From assembly GCF_947568905.1 (NCBI RefSeq), contig NC_079165.1:105772001-105836000 (forward strand): a DNA stretch of 64,000 nucleotides. Reading direction: 5' to 3'. The notes below the pieces were generated by a model. That model saw nothing but the letters and a program-made list of their open reading frames with translations. It searched no databases and was not told the origin of the DNA. Both the position numbers and the translations under genes were made by a program. Of the stretch, positions 48,186 to 60,700 are shown in pieces (position 1 is the first letter of the stretch; each line of letters begins with the position of its first letter). This stretch comes from Ostrea edulis (taxonomy: Eukaryota).

Positions 48186-49802
48186 TTATAGGTATTGGAT
48201 TTTCTTCACTTTACCGGTATCACACTCGGCCACAAAGAGGTTGTCTCTGGAGTCCACACATAAACCCCATGGCCATCGTAATCCACAGTTATCAATGTAA
48301 CGGAGGAATTGTCCGTCCTGATCTAGGATGTGGATACAATGTTTGTTACAGTCTGCTGTCAGAATCTGACTCTGGCTGTCTGTAGTGATGCCAACTGGAT
48401 CAAACGATCCCTCGGTATCAGAGGGATGACCAGTGTATCTAAAGCGTAGTCTTCCCAAGTCGGTGACCACCACTATTTCTTTAGCTCCATTGTCAGCTAC
48501 ACAGATATCCAGGTTCCTATTCTCACTGATGTAGTTAACGTAAGCACCAGATGAATAGAGAGGTTGACCCTGATCATCAAACTGAATGGTTTGTGTCTCT
48601 GTGGAGTCCGAGTAACGCACAACTTTGGATGATTTGCCATCATCACTGTTCATTGTAACCAGAAGGTCGCCAGAGGAGGTATTGCATATATTGAGAGGTT
48701 CCCACCCCTGTAGTCTGATCATGGTCTGAATCTTTTTATTTTTCACTATGTTTACAGTTCTTGTTTTGGGGTCAGTATAAATAAGGTCCCCGCCCCGTGT
48801 TATTGCTATGTCCCGTGGAGCGTTCTCTGACTCGGTTTGGATTGACTTCAGTAGTTTGCCCTGGAGGTTGCGGAGCTTTATGATTTTGTCTTCCCCACTT
48901 GTCCAGACTTTTTCATCACCGAGACAGGTAACATTGCGTGGTGTATAAAACTCGGGGTCCATACTTTCGGTAAGCTGCGGTTCATCAAGCAGTGTGTAGC
49001 CATGTTCTTTTGTAATAGATAATGATGACAAAGAACCAAACATTTTGTGGAGTCCTTCTGTGTCTACTGTTGGACAACATAAACTTGGTAATATAACTTG
49101 GACTTTTGGAGGCAATCTTTTGAACTCAGAATTCTTAGAATTGTAGATAGATGTGAAGGCAATATTATTGGTTTCCAGAAGTGTTTTTAGGTCTAAAATG
49201 GCCTGTTTGATTTCAGATATGCTCTGTGTGATTTGATTTGTGTGTTCATCTAAAACAGCCAGGTGTTGGTTTTTCATCTCCTCAATGTCAGATTTTTGTT
49301 GCTCGACAATGGTGGTGATCTCTTGGTGCCAGACTTCTCCTTGTTGGTCAGCAGCTGTTGTCAGTTTCCCGTAATTCGTTTCAATGTTGGCTTTCTCAAT
49401 TTGAACATCGGAGGCAATTTTTTGATATCGAGGAAAAATAATGGTCTCCAGTTCTTCCAAATCTTTTTCGATACCTTGTTTTTTTGAGTCGAGTTTTTCC
49501 AGAATATCTGATAACTTGTGACCTTCATGTTTACTAGAGGAGAGACAGGAAGGACAGACTGGAATGTCACAATTTTCACAGTAAAGCTCGCAGTGTTTTA
49601 CGCCATGTCTTTGACATTTTGGGTAGTCAGGTGTATAACCTCTCTCTGTGTACGGAACCACTCGATGTTTTCTGGAGGAATCTAAGAGGTGTTTCCCGAC
49701 ACAGTTAATACAGAGATTTATATGACAAAGTTCACAGTGACTCTGTAGAGGAATATCTTTGCAGAAATCACACAAGAGGACATCTTGGGATTGTGGGTCC
49801 AT
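48186..49802 (-). CDS. RING-less TRIM-like protein (2 B-boxes, coiled coil, NHL repeats), 538 aa, single coding exon
   Basis: B-box CDFC...HCELCHINLC..C..KH, second B-box C..H...C.LYCENC..PVC..C....H.GH, heptad-rich region, NHL repeats (PRDIAIT, PVGITTDSQ, PWGLCVDSRDNLFVAE). Acceptor ttgacag at ~49835 just upstream of the ATG. Confidence 0.92.
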   Translation of the reverse strand: MDPQSQDVLLCDFCKDIPLQSHCELCHINLCINCVGKHLLDSSRKHRVVPYTERGYTPDYPKCQRHGVKHCELYCENCDIPVCPSCLSSSKHEGHKLSDILEKLDSKKQGIEKDLEELETIIFPRYQKIASDVQIEKANIETNYGKLTTAADQQGEVWHQEITTIVEQQKSDIEEMKNQHLAVLDEHTNQITQSISEIKQAILDLKTLLETNNIAFTSIYNSKNSEFKRLPPKVQVILPSLCCPTVDTEGLHKMFGSLSSLSITKEHGYTLLDEPQLTESMDPEFYTPRNVTCLGDEKVWTSGEDKIIKLRNLQGKLLKSIQTESENAPRDIAITRGGDLIYTDPKTRTVNIVKNKKIQTMIRLQGWEPLNICNTSSGDLLVTMNSDDGKSSKVVRYSDSTETQTIQFDDQGQPLYSSGAYVNYISENRNLDICVADNGAKEIVVVTDLGRLRFRYTGHPSDTEGSFDPVGITTDSQSQILTADCNKHCIHILDQDGQFLRYIDNCGLRWPWGLCVDSRDNLFVAECDTGKVKKIQYL

Positions 49803-50563
49803 CTCTGGGGGTCAGGGTCACATGAGTAGTTAACTGTCAATGAAAGAAATAAATTCTAATAATAATGTGGTAGTTTGTGTTTTACTTTTACTTTTATTTC
49901 TGGATTTTGATCCCGATGTGAATTATTTGACCACGCCCACTTTATCTTTTAGCCGATAACTTTAATGACAGTTTCTATTGTTTAATTTACTATAGAAAGC
50001 CATGCATCAAACAATTTGTCGAAGCGATACAGCTGGCCTTGCAAGCTACATTTCTTCCAATCTTCCTATACTGGAATCACGTCTTGTTCGTCCGTTTTGT
50101 CCTTATACTTGTCCTTGTAACTTACTAAATTATTATTACCTTTGGGTTGGGAGATTTCTTGATAGATTCTAGGCTAAGTTCTAGGTTTTAGGAGTGTGTA
50201 TTTGTCACATTCATACTGGTAATAAATTCGTAAAGTGTTATTTATCTTATTTTCATTTCTATTGAATTTATTTTCAAGTTTCTAATCATAGTGTAGTTGG
50301 GTCGTTTCGAAGGCGCCACTATCAAAATAAAATAAATTATAGCAATATATTTACATTTTCTACTGTTTTAAATATTGACCTTTAATTTGAGTTTATATTA
50401 CAAACAATAAGGAAATATAAGAAATGGGAGAATATTAATTTCTACACAATTGGTGAAGATTCAAAACTATTAAGAATTATGCCATGATATTTAACAGGAA
50501 TAATTTATTCAATATTTATAAATAAATGTATATTTCATCTATGTACGTGAGAAAAACATTGTA

Positions 50564-50876
50564 CATTAGATAGATAGATTAGATATCCCCGCAATCCCAA
50601 TTACATGCATGACCATTCATAAAAAATTACAATGTCAGGGTCTGCATTAGATAGATAGATTAGATATCCCCGCAATCCCAATTACATGACCATTCATAAA
50701 AAATTACAATGTCAGGGTCTGCATTAGATAGATATACTAGATATCCCCGCAATCCCAATTACATGACCATTCATAAAAAATTACAATGACAGGGTCTGCA
50801 TTAGATAGATAGATTAGATATCCCCGCAATCCCAATTACATGACCATTCATAAAAAATTACAATGTCAGGGTCTGC
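50564..50876. repeat. 77-bp minisatellite, 4 copies
   Basis: cattagatagatagattagatatccccgcaatcccaattacatgaccattcataaaaaattacaatgtcagggtctg at 50564, 50645, 50722, 50799. Confidence 0.95.
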
Positions 50877-51741
50877 TGAGATTAGGTCTGCATTTGTTCT
50901 CTTGATTTGTAGGATTAATCACCATTCGTTATCTTCACTTAAACTGTAAGCATATACATGTATATATACATATATATATCTTAATTCATAGCTAAAGTAT
51001 ATAATGTATACCATTATGAAGATACCTCCCACTCTCAATTATAGGAAATTTACTTGAAGATGGTCACTACAAGCATATCTATATTTCATTTTCAACAATT
51101 TTGCTCTTTCAAAAATTATCTAATACATTTCTGGCAATTTTGTGGTTATGCAATGTGTATTGTAAAATGACATCGTCTTACCTGGGCAGCCACTTCATCC
51201 TGGTAAATCTATCAGCCTTCCATCTTGTCATGAAGAGGTGAATGAAGATAACAGCTAGTAGTGTGATATATAGACTGGGGGTGCACTGATTACCCAAATG
51301 GACCCAAATGGAGATAGAGGTGAGTGAACAAATGGATAATTTAAACAATTATATCTGACATTTCGCTCAGCTCTTTTCTAGCATACCACACAATAACAGC
51401 GATACACATATCCGTTATGAGATTGATCACTGTTCATTATCTAAGACCTGAAACTTGTTGTGACCTTGACCTATAAATGTTTGACTGAGAATTTTTTCCT
51501 TGCCATCTACAATGTATGTAGCAAGGATAAGGCTTAAAGATCAAATAGTATCCAGATATTGTCTATATTTATATTCAAGTACCGACTGTGACCTTGAGAT
51601 AAATTTCTGACCCACAGATCTATAGGTGTTTTTCTTTCCACACCTGCAGTCTCTTGTTCACAGGGGCTTGTTCCCATTAAATAAAAATGTAAATAGTACA
51701 TTATTTTAGCATAGAATATAGTATTGTGTACAATTTCTTTT

Positions 51742-53570
51742 AACAGGAGCAAGCCCCTGTGTTCTGTTGCACAAGAGACTCTTAAGGTGCCCCCTGTGCA
51801 ACTTTAAATCTAGAATGTCTGTAATGATCGAAAAATTGGTTATCTACAAGTCAGGGGTAACCACAATAAAAAGTTTGATCCCTCAAGATGCTGAGCAGAC
51901 ACTTCCAGATAAGCAGTCATTTGAGTTAAGTGAACCTTGTGAATTGAAAACCAATGGAGGTCATATACTCTTTAGGGGACACCAGTGTACCAAGTTAATA
52001 ACTGTCATCTAAGGATTCACAAGATATTGAGCATACAATATTTTTTTTACCTGCAAAGTACTGGTAGTTCGACCTTATGACATAAAAATGAAGAGATCAT
52101 CTACTCCTTCTCTCAAGCAAATGGTTCTCGGATATCTTCCAATGTCCAGCGTAGTTTGCCATGAAGTCAACCCCAATACATAGTATGGAGGAGATAACGA
52201 ACATAACTCCGCTAAGTAAGAGAAGGGAGTGCAATGCAATGTTACAAGCCGCAAAATACTGCTGTACTGAAGATCACCCAATGAATAATAGACTAACGCA
52301 ACTCTCATCAGGCAGACTGAAAAGATCAAGTTTTGTATTAGAGACAAGAGCTTTACAAAGAGAACATCATGAATCGCTACCAAAACAAGTCAAACCTATA
52401 GCCTCTTCTGTAAATGACTACCCTACTGAAGATAAACTGAGAAATGTCAGCATTCAGATATCAGTACCAAACATCACATCCAAAGATGAACAATCTGATA
52501 TTGTAAAGAAAACTCACACTATGACCACGCTAGAAAAACAGTACCCCTCTGAATTTTGGATAAGAGTATTCACAGATGGATCAGCCACAAATGCAATAAA
52601 AAACGGAGGGGCTGGTATATACATCCAATATCCAAATGGAGAGCGACAATCTGAAGCAATACCAACAGGCTTGCATTGTTCCAACTACAAAGCTGAAGAA
52701 AAAGCCATCAGACATGCAGCACATACCATCACAGACAAAGTCAATATCACAACTCCAGTTGTTTTCCTTATAGATGCTTTGTCTGTATTACAGGGCTTGA
52801 CGAACAACAAGCTACCATCACTAGAACAGGCGCTATTTAACATTCAAAGTCGCATAACAGTGCTACAATGGATCCCTTCGCACTGTGGAGTCTATGGTTA
52901 AGAACAAGCTGACATTCTTTCAAAACAAGGTGCTGGACAACAACAGGAGGAAAACCCAGTCTGCCTTGCAGAGATGAAAACCATAATCAAATCTCTGTAC
53001 AGAAAATCCAAACATCAAGACAGTTACCACCATCTGTCGAGACCTGAACAAACCGTCATATTCAGACCGAGGACAGGGCACAATAGACTAAACAAACATC
53101 TGAACAGAGTGATGAAAGTGGTACCATCCCCAATGTGTCCCTGTGGTGAGGAAGAACAAGATACAACACATATTCTACAGACATGCAAGAACCATCAGGC
53201 ATTGAGACAAAGGATATGGCCATTACCAACAACCATCCAGGAAAAGCTATTTGGAACAGTGGAGGACTTACAGAAGACCACCAGATTCGTAGAGGAAGCA
53301 GAAATCCAAGTGTAGAGGCGAACGACAAGAAGTTTGGCCTTTGACCATGTGACCTCAAAATTAATAAGGGTGATCTACTACGGAGGTAGAACCAGTGTAC
53401 CAAGTTTGATGTCTGTCGAGCAAAGGGATCTCAAGATATTGAGAGGTCAATATCTTTCAATGTTTCGAGTAGATTGACCCTTATCTTCGACCTAAATATC
53501 TGTAAGGGTCATCTACTCTTTAGGGGAAACCAGTAAAACAAGTCTGATATTTGTCAAGCAAAGGGTCCTT
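51742..53570. mobile_element. HINE-like element interrupted by a LINE
   Basis: Starts aacaggagcaagcccctgtg; central repeats (accagtgtaccaagtt, ttgacc motifs) on both sides of the insertion at ~52076-53332. Confidence 0.55.
52076..53332 (+). mobile_element. 5'-truncated non-LTR retrotransposon with RNase H and CCHC domain (I/Nimb/Ingi group), inactivated
   Basis: RVFTDGSA...GGAG...SNYKAE...VVFLIDALSVLQ...LQWIPSHCGVYG* (stop where N is expected), then RTGHNRLNKHL...CPCGEEEQDTTHILQTC; ends gacaagaag. Confidence 0.85.
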
Positions 53571-54359
53571 AAGGTGAGGGTTGCAATTTTGAATACGAAA
53601 ATTACAACACAAAATGGAACTTTTCAGAGATCGAGGAGCACCTTTTCCAACTATTCAAGGCAAAAAATTTTCATATTCCATTTTTTTTGCCAAAAATGTC
53701 TATTTCTAACTTTTTTTCTTCTTCTCTCATATACTGTTTTTTTCTCTCCAAGTGTTGTTTGATCACTTTATTTACTTCCATGATGAATAAAATTTGAAGA
53801 ATATATTAAAAAAACTCATTTTTCAGGATTCTCTAGATTTTTGTATTCATTCAAAGGTGTTTTCAAAATAATAATGAATCTGATGTTATTTTTATATAAA
53901 TACAAAATTTTGAGATTATGATGGTAACCATGGCAACAATTTATATTTGCCATTAATATTTAAAAAATCTACAGCAACATATTTTTTCCCCATAAACAGA
54001 GCTATGATATTACTATATACTAAAGCATTTAAACCCAAAGTACCAAAATTTGTTTTCAAGCAAATTGGCAGTTTCTTTAAATAGCACAGAATTACAGTAC
54101 CCTCAGTGACCTACTTTTTAATCTGATGGTGCCACCTTTTGATGGATTCAGACAAAAAAAAACCCAAACTTGTAGGGGATGTACAATAATCTCTATCAAG
54201 TTTCATCAAAATCCTTCAAGTGGCTTTGAAGAAAAATTTTTAAAATGTAAAAAATGACCCCACTCCTTTTCAGTAGCCTTAAAAATTCATGAAAAAATTC
54301 CAAAAAAAATGAATTTCGTAAAAATCCTTTCGCCCAATTAGTGTATCATGATCAACCAA

Positions 54360-54597
54360 AAGAATCCAGGTTAGAATAGGTCCTCAGTACCCCCTTGCTT
54401 GTCATAAGAAGCAACTAAATGGGGCGGTTCTTCGGATGAGACTGTAAAAAGCAAGGCCCCGGGTCACAGCAGGTGTGGCTCGATAAAGATCCCTCCCTGC
54501 TCAAGGGCCGTAAGCACTGAGCAGGCATTGGTGACCATCTTCATATAAATGAAATATTCTTGAGCTGGACATTAAACAATATTCAATCAGTCAACCA
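54360..54597 (+). mobile_element. Bivalve SINE 3' portion with (CAAT)-like tail
   Basis: ggtcctcagtacccc...gtcacagcaggtgtggc...ttaaacaatattcaatcagtcaacc resembles common oyster SINE tails as recalled. Confidence 0.6.
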
Positions 54598-55967
54598 AGA
54601 GAAAGAATGAATGAAATCACACTATTTTGCATTGAGTTATCTCCCTGTATTCACAACCCTAACCTTAGATATTGAATGGACAACACTTGGTGTATTGACC
54701 AAATGGTGCAAACCAGTACGCTTCCTTTTTCAAGGGTGGCATAAAAAAAGTAATCTATGTGATAGTATAAATATGAATTTCTATATGTATTTATTCGTTT
54801 TGATATTTTTCATTGATCGTTTTGCTAAATACAATCTTAAAATTCACTTTACCGTAAGTTCAATTGCGCATCTGGATTGAGTTGGCTGAGTAAAGTTTTA
54901 TTCTGTTATTTCATTGGTTCTTTGATTTCATTGGTCATTTCATATTTTTTATCCAATAATAGTATTTCAGTATATGTATAAATCTACCGCGCTTACCTAT
55001 GTAGTTAGAGCAGTAATACGTTTTGAAGAGTTACAACCAGCTGATATCTTCGCATCTTATGGTATGTTATTTCTATATTAAAGTATATGTTTCATTTCCA
55101 TATAAAGAGCCGATATACGTAATTATTTTGATTGCAAGTTCTTTACTTTATTGTAATTTTGCTTTCAAAGTCGTAATGATTATATGAGTCTGTAAGATCT
55201 TAATCTAAATTATTTACAGAACACATGTACATATTTTTGTAAAGTATAGTATGCTTCTAAAACATTTACTGTGGGTACAATTCACAATTGTCATATTTCA
55301 CTTATGTTTTTCTTTCTTGATTTGTAATATTATCTATCTGTTATTGTAGGTCAATGCCTTTATTTTCTACTGAATAAATTAATAAAAGCAACATCTGCTT
55401 TCCTGCTCGGTTACATATATATAGTGCAAAGAGCAGTAACAATCACCGTAACCTCGAGCTTTAAAATCAGAAATCAACAGGATCCCTCCTCTTCATGCCT
55501 GTCAATATTGTATCAGGTGTGTAAATATAACACCATGAATAGTATTGTTTATAGTGTATACAACCCCAATACATTCTGTACAGGATGTGACCTTAATCTG
55601 ATATTTGGACTTTGAAATCAATCATTTTTTCCTAAACTAAGGATCTTCGTAGCGAGTATGAAATTGAAAACTGAAGTGGTACTATTAACAGTGTCCACAA
55701 TATTGTTACATCCATTCAATGACTATGATCCAAAAATCAATTAAGTTCTCATTTTCCCTACATGTACATCCCACTATAACAAATAATATAATTTCATAAT
55801 CTCACAAAATGAAGTTGATGAGTTTTTCAAACTATGTAACATTTTCAGTCTTAGTGATAAGTAAAACAGGGCCTTCGGTCAGCATATTTACATCTATAAA
55901 GTAGCACATAACAATGTTGGTCCTTTTTTCTTAAAATTGTATACAACTCGTTGGTCTGGCTGTCAAT

Positions 55968-56057
55968 CTGATTAAAATCCAATCTTTGATCCACTTCATT
56001 ATTGTTATGTCGCTATATAAAAATAATGGAGTGGATCAAACATCGGATTTTAATCAG
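55968..56057. other. 90-nt hairpin (36-bp arms, 3 mismatches, 18-nt loop)
   Basis: ctgattaaaatccaatctttgatccacttcattatt ... aataatggagtggatcaaacatcggattttaatcag. Confidence 0.85.
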
Positions 56058-57791
56058 GTCAGTCTGGATGTATAATGGCACTTAATTTACACAGGGGCAA
56101 TAACACATGTAATGAAAAAGGAGATGTATTTCATTGAAATATTTTGCTTTATTTATGCAAAATATAATTGTTACATACAAATAATGATCATCCTGAGTAT
56201 CTAGTACAGAGTGTTACCATGGCAACCTAAAACTGAGTAAATCAGACTGGTGTTGTCCACAAACAGCCTAAACAAAATACTGTGCATTCAACCCAGGGTA
56301 CAACTTGTAAAGCCTGACAACCCAAACCAAGGCGGACAGGAATATACCCTTCCTGTGGGGTGTTACAGAACTGACAAAAGGAAATAAACAGGCTTGTTTC
56401 AATAATAATTGACAAAAAACATCAAAGTTCTGAATAACAAGACACATACACTATAGATCTTAAGATTGTTTGAATTTTGACAATTCTACAAAAATTCATT
56501 GTTCGACTGAGATTCTTTGACGAAAAGTTGAATTGATAGTAGAGGAAGTAATCTGCTGTGACTTGCTGAATGTTTGTGATGAAGCATCGGATGGTGATGC
56601 CAGTGAACTCTTAGAACCGATAGTCAGACTTTCAGTCATAACAAATGTATAATGATATGAATGTATAAAATAAACCACATATAACAAGAGCTAAAATGAA
56701 ATAAATAGGATCGTTTCAACATACTAGATTACAGTGTAAATATATAGATAATACATGTATATAGATATATGGGTATATATATATTAAACATCTAAAACAA
56801 ATCACAATTTACTTTCATATGTATAGGTATCCAATGTATTTACAAAACTAGACAGAGCTTTAGCACAGAAAACTAGACGAGAGCTTTAGCACAGAAAATA
56901 CACTTTAAAAAAATATACTCAAACTTACTGCCAAGATGAATTTACTTTTTCTTTACTTTATAATTCCAATCTCTAAAACAAATCTTGGGAAAGTGTATAA
57001 GCTAAAATCAGTGAAAGGGTCTATAAAATGTAACATTCTTTGGTTTCACAGACTTAACGAATCTAAAACATTTCTATCAAAACAGTGTACATGATACCAA
57101 GAAGCAAGTCAATATATATTTTGATTACCAGTTAAGTAATAGAAGATGTACATATAAAAATATGAAGTGTACCCTCATTTTTCTACAAATAAATATCACA
57201 CACCTTTGATTAATATCTGTTATGGTAAAAATACCAATATTGCAACAATTTGTTCACAGAACAACAATTCAATAAACACACTTCTGGAGGGGGGATCAGT
57301 GAGATTGAGTCCATTGATGTGCGAAATAATGATGGTTTTTAACCTCTGCCATCTTGCATAGATAGTAATTGCACAATATAATATGATCTCAAAGGCTTGG
57401 ATGAAAAATAACTAATGAATTATACACTCCCAAAATGGAACTGCATGGACTATTTTAAACCTTTACCCTATTTGTGTATGTCACGACCATGTCAGGCCCA
57501 AGGACTCGTCAACATCACACAATGACCTCTCCCCCTGCATATCAATCATACATGTGTACATCACACTAAGACTTGTCACCTTTCTCTCTTTGCTGACAGC
57601 TGTCAATCCCTAATGCCCATTATGGCAGATCCTGTGGCTAGGCACCAAAATAGCATTCACTTGCTCACTCTATGGAATCTTTGTCTCCTTCAGGAACTTA
57701 TGGAATGGTTTGATTACAGCTTGTTCAGCATATACAATCAAAGCAATCTCCTCTACAAACATTGTGTTGGAATAATTTTTGTGTACACATT

Positions 57792-60700
57792 TCATACTTC
57801 TTGTCCAATTCTATCATCATTCAGAAATTCTTCGAGGCGATTTTCTTCACTTGGAGTTACAGTCATTTCTTTTGGAATAACAGGAACTGTCATGGAGACA
57901 TTGGTGAAGAAGGCCATTTTTTCTCTAAAATAGAAGAACAAAATTTCATTAATTTTTGTTGTTGTTCAGGAGCCTGGCAACTTTCCCTTAGAATGGGAAA
58001 ATTGTACTTAATGACTGTTGATACAGTACCTTATTAATAAATTATAAACATGTATTTTTGCTTTCAAGTTAAATAAAGTGCTTCACTAGGATACATGATA
58101 TGCCTGTCTGGAACTGAATGAACATGATGCATATCTATGTTTGCATACTTAGAGTCACAAGCTGTGATGCTGTCATTTGCAACTACAGTCGACTCTAAAT
58201 ATAATATTGAAATTTGGGACCAACCTGAATTGTTCATCTTATACAATGTTCAAATTCAATACAACCAACATTGAACTATGGAAATAATGTTACTATTTAT
58301 TTTACCTCAATATAACAGATAGTTCAATATAAGCAACTTCAATATAAGTAGAGTAGACTGTACATTGGAATAAAATCACTGTTAACATACTTGATAACAG
58401 AAACATTTGAGTATAGATAGCTATATAATTCCAAAAGTAGGTCACCATGGCCCTCTACCCAAGATCCATCAGCAGACCAGGTTTGATGGAGCTAGGCCTC
58501 ATACTGTGCAAAATATGATCCGGATACTATTTGACTATGTACAGCCATATATTCCCAAAATAAGGCCACAGTAATAAATTTTTAAATTGCGATAGCCCCC
58601 CCCCCTCCCCTGTTGTGACTCCATGGGTCATGGTCTGAACAAACGACATGTATATATACATAGAATATATTCTAAACAACTTGAAGGATCATGGCATATT
58701 AACTTGATAAATTGTAGCTTTGTGGTACTTGAGGAGATTTTTAAAGCACTTTCCTATAAATTCCTATAATTTACACCACTATTTTGGCCTTGCCATAGTC
58801 CCAAGGTTTATGATTTGAAAAACATGACTCTTTATTATTCATAAAAGCTCTCATGGCCTTTTGGATACAGATTTTTTAAACATCCACTCTTATTTCTTAA
58901 TTATCTCTTCTTGGGAGGGGTGTGGACCTTCACAGACTTTAATCCTCTTCACTTACGGATGTTTTGTGGTATTAAACTTTGGTAAGTCAGTTGCTTTTGG
59001 AGAAGTAGAAAATGTGAAGTTGACAGACAGAATACAGACAACTTCAATCAGAAATTCAGCTCAGGTACACCATTAATGTTCACACATTAACTATAATTTC
59101 TATCAACATATCTTAGAAATACCATTAATATTCACACATTAACTATCATTTTTATCAACATATATATCTTAGATATACCATTAATATTCACACTCATTTC
59201 TATCAACATATCTTAGAAATACCATTAATATTCACACATTAACTATCATTTCTATTAACATATCTTAGAAATACCATTAATATTCACATATTAACTATCA
59301 TTTCTATACACATATCTTAGAAATACCATTAATGTTCACACATTAACTATTAGCTCTATACCTGAAGGACTGAGTGTTGGAGTTGGGGCTAGTTCTCTTC
59401 AGTCTCTGAACATCTCTCGTCACCTTTTTCATCATCTGTTCAGCTCGCCTGTCCTGTTTTGATAGCTGCTTGCCGTCTTTACTGGCCTGAAATACACAAT
59501 CCCTTTATGTACATATTTGTGCTCTAAATAACATGCTTTGTGAAAACTTTGGTGAAAGCAGTGTTACATATATATAAATAAAAGTACACATGCATATATA
59601 ATGCCAAAAATGATAAACATTCTTGGTTTCTTGTGGACAAAAATTGAAAGATACAAATTTTTCATGCCTCAAATAAAAAAAAAAGAATTTTTTTTTCTCA
59701 AGGTTTGGGTTAAAGTCAACTCCACTGTTTTGAATTTTACTTTAGTTGCTCCTTCATACACAGTGTCAAATAAAGAGTAATTAGATAAATAAATCAATAT
59801 ACTGTACTTTAATATTTTATTGTATTACTAAAGTGATATCGTAAACAACAGTCACTTTGCTAATCAAGAAAATGATAAGAAATTTTATTTCCCAATTAAA
59901 AATAAAACATAGTTCCCCTTCGCACATCCAAAATGGAACTCCTTTTAACAGAAGTCTGGTAACTTGTTCCTTTCTAACCTATTTCTATAGGACCTGGTTT
60001 GAGGTTCACAACAAACCTTTCATTCATTAACAAATTTTGTATAATCATGAGCTTCAATAATCCCAAAATTACAGCCCAAACAGATAATTTCAGCCTAATC
60101 CCAAAGTTACAGCCCAAACAGATAATTTCAGTTTACCATGTTTGATTTGTAGTTGCAGAGAATATACATGTATATGTGTGCTTTTGGTAAAGAAACTAGG
60201 AATTAAAAAACAGTTCACACAGAAGACTTTACCAAAATGAACCTTGGAAGCAAATATAAGAATGCTGTAATTTGTGGGCTCCGACAGAAATGCAATAAGA
60301 ATGTGTGATAGATTGAAGGGATGGTCACATGGTTGAACAGAGGCACACCACTACGCCTCCTTGTTTGGATCAGAAGAATATCGATATTACTTAATGTATG
60401 TGTACATTCTTTGTTAGTACATAAAGCTTACAATAAAATATTTCACTAAATTAGTAATCTTTTTTACACATATTTACACTTGAAAATCTTATACATGTAT
60501 ACTTATAGATATCTCTGTTTAGCCATGTTTAATTTTCTGTTATGCTTGGTATTAATTAATGTTTTACAATTCTATACAGATTTGTATTAATAACTGTAAT
60601 ACACGTACAACAGTATCTAGTTTTTAATGCCATGTTTAACATTACTGGACAGATTGTTAAAGACCTTATAGTACACAAGGATTGCACAGTCTAGTGGACA

